This document shows positions 52,720 to 63,175 of a stretch of 64,000 nucleotides of DNA, piece after piece. Source of the stretch: Spongospora subterranea f. sp. subterranea (Eukaryota); assembly GCA_049724395.1 (NCBI GenBank), contig JAUGWO010000061.1:1-64000 (forward strand), in the 5' to 3' direction. Position numbers and translations under genes: made by a program. Numbering within the stretch: position 1 is the stretch's first letter; each line of letters starts with the position of its first letter. The notes under the pieces are model-generated. The model made no database searches and was not told where the DNA came from. It saw nothing but the letters and a program-made list of their open reading frames with translations.

Positions 52720-53405
52720 CTACGCTGTAAGACGAGTTGCACTTGGCGAAAGAATGCAGGAGAGATGAGAATGAGAGAGAGTCAACCAACCTGAGGGAGT
52801 CGGCTAACCCTGCAACCACGAAACCAGAATTCCTGTTCAGCACGTTGTTAAGCGGGAGCACGAGCGACAAAGATTCTCGGCCGACTCCCTGGATTTTGGA
52901 CAGCGGCGCTTCCAAACACATGGCGGCAAGCATGGATCAGCTAACAAGTACGCGGCCGATCGACCGCCCCACTGAGATCGTTCTCGAAGATGGTCGAGAA
53001 CTGACGGCGACACAAGTGGGCGAGGCGGTAATTCCACGTAACTCGTTTGAAAAACGTGTTGTATGTGCCAGGGTTGTGGGGAGAACCTATTGTCGATCAG
53101 CACGATTACTTCGGAACCAGGAGCTCAAATTGTGATGAAGGACGGCACGTGTACAGTAATTCATCAACAATGTCGGGTGTGTTCCGCGTCCAGGCGCTGA
53201 CGGCGATATCAACATCAAGAGGAGACGCGATAGAGTACCACCGTCGCTGTGGCCACACAAACTTCGAATCGTTGGCTACAATGAGCACGATGGGGATCAT
53301 ACCACGACTTGGAGATGTCAACAAAAGAAGCGTCGAACAAACCGTGTCAGATCTGCCTCAGCGGGAAAGTGACCGGGAAATCTTGAAGACGAGCCGCCGC
53401 CGGAA
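52720..53405 (+). mobile_element. Inverted second copy of the copia zinc-knuckle/protease/pre-integrase region
   Basis: HLAKECRR...WILDSGASKHM...KNVLYVPGL...HRRCGHTNF; reverse-complement homolog of about 51450-51990. Confidence 0.88.
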
Positions 53406-55312
53406 CACGACACAGCCCGAACTATCAGCGGTGTTCGCTTGGCTGTTGGCTAGCAGGCTTGACACCATCCTACCTTTCTATCTTAATAATAGTAATACAA
53501 CTCAATTGTTATTTCAACTACCCTTAGAGAATGAAATGGGTGACGCAACCGCGAGAGGCGGTGTCTGTAGCACAGCAGCGAGTGCCAATTACGAGTCCTC
53601 CTGAAGACCTGTCGACACCTGCCTCTCGCCCATCACCTCAATTGTACTACATAATCAATAAACATACCCTATCAAGGTTGTCCCATATCAGCCCCAAACC
53701 CAGATATTGATCGCATTAGACCCTGAACGCTGAACAGTCGTAGTCTCAGGGTCTTGTTAGAGATGAATCTGGCGAACCGGTAAGCGATGATCACCGTGCT
53801 GGTTCGAATGCAGTCTGGAGAACCTTGACAATGGGTAACTCGGAGGAATCATTCTATTTCAGGCCCGTCTAAACATTGCTAGGATTATCGAGTTCACCTC
53901 TTACGTCAACGCTGTGCCTGTGTTGACAGGGATGTCTCTGTTTCAGAACGCAAAGACGTACGCCCAAGATCTTGCTTTTGCTAAGCAGGACCCTCAAATA
54001 ATGTTTTTTGTGACAAACTATCCGCCCATGCTAATCCAGAATTCGTTTGTGCAATGCTCCCAATTGGGAAACTACATTTTTTTTCCTCCAAACGCGAGGG
54101 GATGTGTTGCAACCGGGTATGCACCACCTCAATATATTCTTGCCCCTTGAGAACTCATCAGACCCAGTTGACGCAGGGGCCGGCCGAATACTGAATAGGG
54201 TGTTGGCACAAGCACTTGACAAGTGCCTTGAGGATGCAGCGTTCAACTCCAAATGGCTCGTGGGAAAGTACCGAATGGGTTGGCGAGGCATGGGAGCAGA
54301 TGTGCCGACCAGGATATCTTCATCGATATTTTCAGAAAACCGGGGATCTTCTCGAGCGATGACGTCAATCGAACGAAACCAAATTCAGGGCCTGAAGCTC
54401 TATGTCTTCAACCCGCCAACCCAATTCGTCATAAATTTTGACTCTGATCCCGACTACACCGACAATGGCAGATCGGATGAGCGCCAGGAGTTTGAAAGCG
54501 GGTTCTCCAATGGAGAATATTTGTCGGACTCAGAGGCCGAATGCTCTTCGAATAGTCCTCAATGTGCTGAAGTGCTCGACAATCCTCAAGCTGTTGAAGT
54601 GCTCGACGATCTGTCTTCAATGTGCCAGAAGACTCTGCTGTAATCGTTATCGACGAGATCCACGATGGTGTCAGTTCAGGAGAGGATTGTTTTGGTGAAT
54701 TTTACTACATGAGTGGTTCATATATTACTGTAAACGTCACAACTGTCGACCAATTTGACAATAAAACGAGCCATGAGACTTTTTCTCTAGCACCCAAACC
54801 AAAAAAGCGTATTTCCCTTGCGAGCTATTTGCAAAAATCACCAATGTGAAAATATCTCTATTAAGGCCCTGAGCTCGTTTTGTCTAGGACTTTGGACCCT
54901 ACTTCAGATCCCCAGGGCCTCAACTGAAATTTTTACTGTATCACGCGCTCTTCAGCGATTTGTCTTTATAGGGTAGTCTTGATCAGTTTCAAACAGCTTG
55001 ACCTACATCAACGTATCTCCGATTATCTGTAGTACTGTACTTTGCGAAATTAATGAATTGTCAAGGCGTCATCTTCTTTCGCCGTGTTCATCATTGAGTT
55101 CTCGGCAAATTCCCCGTCACAAGGGGTCTGCAATCAATCGGGAAACGCTTTTTTCCGGTATTTCAAATGGTGATGGATATATTTTCGCACAGGACCATCT
55201 GTGCAGGAAACCTGTTTGTAAAGCAATCGCTGTGTTTGAGATTGATTGAGATAGTAACAAAATTATGAACCATCAATTTAATTAAACTCAAAAGGAAGAG
55301 GGCAAACCACAG

Positions 55313-57447
55313 CTAGATAAACGCCGTTACAGTTCCAGCGACCATTGCCAAGATCCCAAACCCGACTAACATCAGTGGACCAACATCACGAGTCGCCATC
55401 CGCACCTGATTCATGAACGGCGGTTTATCGCCTACGTCGTTTGGAGCTCGGTTCCAGACAGCCAATGCGTTGCGCTTCACCTCCTCATAGCCTGTCATCT
55501 TCAGATAAATGAACCCTGGGAGGATATATCCAACACATGATGCAGAGATGGCACCCGTCACCTCTGATATACAAGAGTTAAATAAATTTATAAGGCAAAC
55601 ACTATACCCAGCATTTACTGACCTATAACAATGCCCACGTCGGGAACCGTTATTGCTATGGCTAGAGTGGCAGCGAACAGCGACACGGATGCCAGAGCGT
55701 ATTTCCAATACGAGCAATGTTCTTCTTGTGTAACAACCTGCAGTATACAATGCCGAGCGACAAACATTTCCATGGGGTATGTGAAAATCTACCGACAATC
55801 AAATGAGTACGAACTCTGCTGGAGCGATGAAACCGTTCCACGCCAACTGAAAATTAACCGCAAACTCGAAATGAAATGTGATACTAGACGCACCATTGTG
55901 GTAACCAACATTACACGAGATATGTTCATAACCTCGTCACTTGCAGGGAAATTACCCAATATATCCTGCCATCGACTGTAAGCCACCACTTTTGAAACAC
56001 TCACATTTTAACAAACCGCTTTGGTGGATTGACGGAAATTAACATATCCTGAGACTCCGAATATAAAACACATGAAAAACGCGAATCCAACGGATATATT
56101 GGTGATCAAACGCCATCGGCTTGGGGTTGGATGATCTAATGAGTTGAACACGATAAACGCGCTATGATTGCAGACGAATGCAAAAGACATAGTCCCTGAC
56201 GTAGAGATTTAGTCTGAACATGCCAGGCTGATTTACACCAACGATACCGATTCCGGCAAACAATGTGCTTTCGATAACCGAGATTGCTGAAGACGTTTGA
56301 TTTTCCGCAAGAGTCATCTGCTGTGCTGCTGCAGGACCATGCCAGATAACAGTTATCACGATGACGGCGATGGAGACTAGGCCAAGAAAACTCCCAAAAG
56401 ATAATTTAGTTATGTCCCTGATCAAGCTCAACGGCAGCACGCAGATACAGCTAAACCCCAAAATCAAAATTCTTCGATCGGAGAATATCGTATCAGTCCC
56501 TAAATACCAATCAGATTGTCACAACTAATTTGAAACGCGTAATGACATTAGTATAGAATTCAAAACAACCAGAAAAGCGTATGAGGGAGCGAAAAGCCAT
56601 AAAACAAACTGTGAACGAACACTTGTTATTCAGTCATGTATAAATTTCCGATTGGTGAAGGCAGTTCGAGACATTGAAAACATTTTGCTATTAATAATGA
56701 TTACCAAACCAAGCCCTGGACACAAAAGTTGCGGCGTCCCCAATCAAAATCAGGTAGGCTGTCTGAAAGTCCAACATTAGTACTGGGTTTACAATAATAA
56801 CCAGGTTTAGTTCACCATTCCACCAAACGCGAAAGCACCCATACAGAGCAATACGACATTGAACGCCTAGAAACAAAGCCGAAATCAGTTACTGACTGAG
56901 TCCAGAAAAAATTTGATCGAGGACCTTGCCACCTAAAATCTGTCTACATAGGCCTTCATAAGTTGTCGCCCCGACCTAGATTTCAAAACGTCAATTGCGA
57001 AATAAAGGGAATTAAGCCATTTCAACCCACCTTGTTAGCGCATTGGACGAGCATTCTGGAGCTATATGCGGATAAATACGCCACGAACATCATCAATAAA
57101 CAGCCCATCAATAAACCAGTTCGCTTCAACGCAAACGGCATCCCTTTCAAAAATATTCACGTCGTTCCAAAGATGATCCCTGTTCATGTACCTATGATAC
57201 CGGCTCCAAGAATTGTCTGGAATACAAAAGGAATGAGAAATGAGGCGGCGACTCAGATAAACTGGTCAGGTACATTTGCAAAATTGAAGCTGGCCCGGGC
57301 GACTGACTTAACATCCTCAGAGCGATTATAATTATCGGGTTTGGATTTTACACCAGACTTGCGAGCTTCTTCGAGGGCCTTGGGGCTAATCGACTTGATC
57401 GATGCCAGACGTTGATCTCCGCTGGACGAAATTTGCAGCTCCTTCAT
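55313..57447 (-). CDS. SLC38/AVT (Aa_trans) amino-acid transporter, multi-exon
   Basis: ASFNFAN-TILGAGII-GMPFALK, AYLILIGD, LPLSLIRD, MSFAFVCNHSAFIVFNSL, ILGNF, FTYPME.FVAR, TGAISASCVGYILPG. Confidence 0.9.
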
Positions 57448-57726
57448 CCTCAGCGGCACCAAATCGACGAGTAAAACGAGTTATGATCGAGAAATATCCA
57501 ATCACAGCAATAATCCAATTCTAGAGCCATGATAGACCCTCCACCCACCTATCGTATCTCCGATTTGGAGGGGACACCCATAAGCGGAGCCCTCACGTCG
57601 ATATATCATGTCAGATTGATAATGGGACGACAGCCGGTCACAGACTGCATACGATCAACCAACACTCGCACTGTCGTTGACCGTTACAGGACGTGGCTCG
57701 GTAGGTGTACCCTTGATCAGAGGGGG

Positions 57727-58966
57727 TTGTGTCACAATCCGTCTATAATTGGCCATACCAGGGGCTGCAACACATTATTGTGTCACAATCCGTCTATAAT
57801 TGGCCATACCAGGGGCTGCAACACATTATTGTGTCACAATCCGTCTATAATTGGCCATACCAGGGGCTGCAACACATTATTGTGTCACAATCCGTCTATA
57901 ATTGGCCATACCAGGGGCTGCAACACATTATTGTGTCACAATCCGTCTATAATTGGCCATACCAGGGGCTGCAACACATTATTGTGTCACAATCCGTCTA
58001 TAATTGGCCATACCAGGGGCTGCAACACATTATTGTGTCACAATCCGTCTATAATTGCCATACCAGGGGCTGCAACACATTATTGTGTCACAATCCGTCT
58101 ATAATTGGCCATACCAGGGGCTGCAACACATTATTGTGTCACAATCCGTCTATAATTGGCCATACCAGGGGCTGCAACACATTATTGTGTCACAATCCGT
58201 CTATAATTGGCCATACCAGGGGCTGCAACACATTATTGTGTCACAATCCGTCTATAATTGGCCATATCAGGGGCTGCAACACATTATTGTGTCACAATCC
58301 GTCTATAATTGGCCATACCAGGGGCTGCAACACATTATTGTGTCACAATCCGTCTATAATTGGCCATACCAGGGGCTGCAACACATTATTGTGTCACAAT
58401 CCGTCTATAATTGGCCATATCAGGGGCTGCAACACATTATTGTGTCACAATCCGTCTATAATTGGCCATACCAGGGGCTGCAACACATTATTGTGTCACA
58501 ATCCGTCTATAATTGGCCATACCAGGGGCTGCAACACATTATTGTGTCACAATCCGTCTATAATTGGCCATATCAGGGGCTGCAACACATTATTGTGTCA
58601 CAATCCGTCTATAATTGGCCATACCAGGGGCTGCAACACATTATTGTGTCACAATCCGTCTATAATTGGCCATACCAGGGGCTGCAACACATTATTGTGT
58701 CACAATCCGTCTATAATTGGCCATACCAGGGGCTGCAACACATTATTGTGTCACAATCCGTCTATAATTGGCCATACCAGGGGCTGCAACACATTATTGT
58801 GTCACAATCCGTCTATAATTGGCCATATCAGGGGCTGCAACACATTATTGTGTCACAATCCGTCTATAATTGGCCATACCAGGGGCTGCAACACATTATT
58901 GTGTCACAATCCGTCTATAATTGGCCATACCAGGGGCTGCAACACATTATTGTGTCACAATCCGTC
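57727..58966. repeat. Tandem array: 24 full copies of a 51-bp unit plus 17 bp
   Basis: Unit ttgtgtcacaatccgtctataattggccataccaggggctgcaacacatta. Unit 7 has a 1-bp deletion; C>T variants at 58267, 58420, 58573 and 58828. Confidence 0.98.
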
Positions 58967-59566
58967 CATATCGGCAATCGGTTATTAACGTCAGGAACTG
59001 ACTCGGATTCCGGTATATTTCCATCTCAAAGATTGCTCTGGAACAGAGGATTCTTCTGGCGGCAAATTCGTTCCATCATCATTCCAGGCCCGAAATCGTG
59101 TCATCTGAATGCAGGCCTCAGGTGTTATGAAACAGTATCTCTCCTTGGTTTACAGCGATCCAGAGAATCGTCCGTCGAACAATGTCTGAAACGGTTTCTT
59201 GTCCTTGGTACAAATCGGCACCGTTTCTCAACTCTCGACCGGTGTCCCAATGAAAGACTAACATCAAACAAAGTAGAGCTGAGAAATAAATTCGCTTTAG
59301 ACATAAAAAGGCTCGAGTCATGTCGAAATGCATCCTTCTTTAATCAGCGTCGGTTACAAATTCAGATTAAAACACAGTTGGGGTTTTGGGCGAAAGTGCG
59401 ATCAATCTCCGGAGTCCAATGATGTGATTGTCCCAGTACAGTATAGTGTACCAAACACCCGACTGTTATCGCAGTCTATTGTGTATCGTGTATTACCCGC
59501 TCCTTGGCGCTAAAAGGGCTCCTGGCCAATAACGCCCCGGGATCAGGTTCAGATATTACAGGGATC

Positions 59567-60320
59567 ATGGGAGCGGCCCAATCATCATCAGGTGATGAGC
59601 GATATGATGGAGAGGAGTATGATGTGAATAGTGATAACGCTGTCCACGTACAGTTCATCTGTCTATTCGCCCTATTCCTCACTCACAATGCCATATCAGG
59701 TGTCAGACGCTCTTATGAAGGCCATTATTAAGCAGCAAGCCAGCCGTCGCCAGAGGAGTGATCGTCTAAGACAGACATTTAGTCCTGATATACCACCATC
59801 AGTCTTTAGTTCCATTCCCTCGTTCGATCGACAATCAGAACAACCCAAACAATATGAATCCAGCGACGATGCTGGTGAAGAATCACAAGAGCCTGAATCA
59901 GAGGTTGATTCTGTTGTTCAAGAAGCTGAAACAACTGAGAATTCCGGTGAGGAAGTTGCTGGTGACAATAACGCATCATCGTCCGAAACTTCTGTCGACC
60001 ATGAAGGGAGTGCGGTGGAAGATCAAGGCAATGAGGGCGGTGGAGAGGTTGTTGGAATTAAAGGAGAATCTATTATGATTATTGAGTTAGAAGGTCCCGA
60101 AGGAAGCGATGATGAGGATAGGACCATGTCGACAATATCGTCAAATCTAGATGGAGTTGTTGAAAGGCATGGCCGTTGCAGCAAAGCCGAGCCATTACAG
60201 GCGGGACAGCAGTGTGCCAACATCAGGGACAAGATCGTAAGGTGCTATCAGACCGCCCCTTCACCTTTGCAATGTTCAGAATTGATCAAAGAATATGAAA
60301 GGTGTATCATATCGAATTAA
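59567..60320 (+). CDS. Mic19/CHCHD3-like MICOS subunit (myristoylation motif + twin CX9C), 2 exons
   Basis: MGAAQS N-terminus, phase-0 intron 59648-59699, acidic linker, C-terminal CANIRDKIVRC...PLQCSELIKEYERC. Confidence 0.68.
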
Positions 60321-60868
60321 TAATCTAGTTCATATATTTCAGTACACTCAGCAATCGTCGTGTCTCCGCTCCTTTACTCACTGCAATCGATGCTCTACAA
60401 GAGTTATTTGTCGCCAATTCACAGTCTTCTCGGAGCTTGTACTCAATTGGAAAATCGATGTTCATGTCGCGACGGCGACACAGATTGACAAGCGACTCGC
60501 GGAAAGATGTGCAATCCGTTAAGTTGACAATGACAACGGGAGCTAATTTATTGGCAGATCAGGACCATCCAGGAATTGACATCAACAATCTGCAACAGAA
60601 AACGAGAAGGCGAAATGGTGTGTTCACTTCGGAGTCGAATCGGGCCGTCAAAAGTGTCGCGAACAGGTTTTCAACGATTGGCAACGGGATCTTGGCGCGG
60701 CTTCGCGTCGGCGATGATTGAAGCGGAACCCGACCTCACAATGATGCCGAAGTGGAACCCAAATCGGGTCCTGAACGGATCGCTTGCCTGATTCGTGCCA
60801 ATATCGGAGCCAGGTTGATTTTATTGTTGATGCGGCTTTCGAGTGTCTGGTGGACGGCGTCACCATTG

Positions 60869-62128
60869 TCAAGGCGTCGTCGTACAACGCGTTCCGCCAG
60901 CTTTCCGCAGCAACGGCACAACTCTGATTGATGAACTACTGGTCGCGATGTCCAGCGGCGTGCTGCCGTCATTGGCCTTGGCATTGACGTCAGATCCGGC
61001 CGCCAACAGTAACTGTACTGAAGCGTCATCGTCGAGCTCGGACGCCTCGTGTAGCGCCGAGCGGCCGTCATTCGTCGTGGCATCGATATCTGCTCCAGCG
61101 GCCATAAACATCTTTACCAATTCCGGTTTACCGGAATAGACTGCCATGATGAGTGGAGTGCCCCCACGAGGATTCCGAACATTGACCTGGGCACCAGCTT
61201 GTACCAACAGCTCTGAAACGGCCATGTCAACGATGCATGAATAAAGCAGTGCACTATTGCCGTTGTCGTCGACGAGGTTGACATTGGCGCCAGCCGATAG
61301 CAGCCGCTCCACTTCCACAGCATTGTCAGCTCTGGTGGCTTTGATCAGCGGCGTGCGACCGGCAAAATCACGATCGTCGACATCATCCGCCGACTTCACC
61401 GCTCCCGTTGGAGAATATTTCCACAAGAGATCGACAACTTCCGAATGTCCTTTCTCTTCAGCGCGCTCCAGTGGCGTTGATCCATTGCACTCGGCGTTGA
61501 GGTCGGCATGAGCTGTCAATAGCCGTTGGACAATGAGAGTGTGCCCCATTTCTGCCGCTATCCACAACGGTGGTCCTCCGCCACTGCCATCGACATCGGC
61601 TCCTGAAGCTAGCAGCAGTTGCACCGCCCGATCGTGATTGTTTGCGCTGGCAATGGCCAGCGGCGACCATTCCTCGTGAAGGGAATCGACGTTGGCCCCC
61701 GATCTCAATAGCGATCGCATCACGTCCAGCTTGCCTTGTTGCGCCGCGATGTGTAGCGGCGATGCATTGCCATCAGACTGTACATTGGGATCGGCACCAG
61801 CCGCCAGCAGCGCCTTAACAATCGGGTCATGACACGCAGACGATGCATTTAACAACGGGTAATCTCCGTTATTGTCCTGAAGATTGACGTCGGCCCCGGC
61901 CGCAATCAACTGGTTCACAATGCCGAAGTTCTTCTGCATGGTCGCATACAACAGCGCCGTCTCGCCCGATGGTAAACGTTGAAGATTGGGGTCCGCCTTG
62001 GCTTCTAACAGCCGTTGTACTTCATGCTCGTTTCCGTCGATGGCGGCGTATATGAGCTTCGTTGCGCCATCACCGTCTCGTGCGTTGACGTTGCTCGGAG
62101 CGTGTGCGACGGGGGGCCGGCTTGGCAT
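60869..62128 (-). CDS. Ankyrin-repeat region (about 10-11 repeats), probably the 3' part of a disrupted larger gene starting at 63175
   Basis: Repeated GETALLYA, GDYPLLNA, ASPLHIAA, GRTPLIKA, GGTPLIMA and GRSALHEA with GADVN linkers; 419-aa open frame. Confidence 0.9.
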   Translation of the reverse strand: MPSRPPVAHAPSNVNARDGDGATKLIYAAIDGNEHEVQRLLEAKADPNLQRLPSGETALLYATMQKNFGIVNQLIAAGADVNLQDNNGDYPLLNASSACHDPIVKALLAAGADPNVQSDGNASPLHIAAQQGKLDVMRSLLRSGANVDSLHEEWSPLAIASANNHDRAVQLLLASGADVDGSGGGPPLWIAAEMGHTLIVQRLLTAHADLNAECNGSTPLERAEEKGHSEVVDLLWKYSPTGAVKSADDVDDRDFAGRTPLIKATRADNAVEVERLLSAGANVNLVDDNGNSALLYSCIVDMAVSELLVQAGAQVNVRNPRGGTPLIMAVYSGKPELVKMFMAAGADIDATTNDGRSALHEASELDDDASVQLLLAAGSDVNAKANDGSTPLDIATSSSSIRVVPLLRKAGGTRCTTTP

Positions 62129-63175
62129 TCACTGCCGGTGCGGCCTGCTTTGGGGGTTGGGATTGGGACCCTGTCTTTCCCGCTGCCTTTCCCGCCGGTA
62201 CTTCATTGGCCAGGAAGTTGTACAGCGAGCCAAGAATGCTTTGATCGGGGAGGACGTCGTACACGACGAACACAATGTCGTGATGCGCGTTCCGGAGATG
62301 GTCGGCGTATTGGATCCGGTACTCGACCACTTGAGCCCTACCGGCCGCCGCTTCGTGCGGTAATATTCGTCGTGTCATTCGCGTGATTGCCCAAACACTG
62401 ACGAAGAAGCCAGCGGCGCGGCGCTGAGCGAAAGTCTGCCTCCCACTTTTCACTTCTTCACGATCCATTCCAGCATCGCTCGTCGCCCATAAGTATTTAT
62501 TTTCGCGCCACGATCGGTCGATGAATCCGCGCCACGTTTCGAACTTGACCATCTTGACGTGGATCGGCTGCTGATCGAACGAGACGAACCGCTTGAAGGA
62601 CATACCATCTTCGCTATCGCTGAGGAATCTGAACACGTAACGGTTCTCGAAAACAGGGTCGGGCATGGCCGACGCGATCTTCCTCAGGCTCGAACGAACA
62701 TCTTGGGTTCCGATTGCGATTATCATTGTCGCTGGTTCAGACCGGTAAACCGACACGATCGTATCACCGTTCTACTCAATCACGCGAAACTGTCAAACGT
62801 CGGAGACATATTCTGTGTAATTCGGTTTACCTTAGCGATGGACTCGCACGGTTTGCCGGAGAAGATGCAGCCGCCAATGACCATATCGCTGGTCCTATCG
62901 TGGCCGTTGAGTTTGTTCCCGATCGCCCGAATTTGTGCCGGTGTCGCATTGAGCTTCAGGCCTCGCTCCATGAACCCGTATCCCGTAAATAGAAAGTAGA
63001 TGCCAACACCAGTAACTCCCGTTATCGCCAGGATTTGATCACACCAATTCCCCCAGTCGATCGAGTCGGCATCGCTTGGCGAATGCTGCCCTGAGGTCGC
63101 TCCTGCCTCGATCTCGTGGTATGGCAACTGTCGAAAACCGTCATGGGCAGCCGCGCGCATCGTGTTGTATGACAT
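62113..63175 (-). pseudogene. N-terminal part (TM anchor + unknown domain) of the ankyrin gene, with a nonsense codon and a frameshift
   Basis: ORF 62780-63175 (TM-like ILAITGVTGVGIYFLFTGYGF) can splice via gtaaacc...gacag into the frame of ORF 62070-62756, through TAG 62772-62774. Removing one base from the G6 run at 62111-62116 fuses it to the ankyrin frame. Confidence 0.55.

Noticed and set aside
53700..54850. Overlapping plus-strand ORFs (78, 198 and 75 aa)
   Set aside because: Probably a decayed gene or element, but no recognisable domain.
57727..58966. CRISPR array
   Set aside because: Units are contiguous and near-identical with no unique spacers; no cas genes; eukaryotic context.
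57529..59422. Long repeat-protein ORFs (191, 419 and 455 aa)
   Set aside because: A 51-bp unit without stops in two frames automatically yields long ORFs. The unit-7 deletion swaps frames, and there is no sign of coding constraint.
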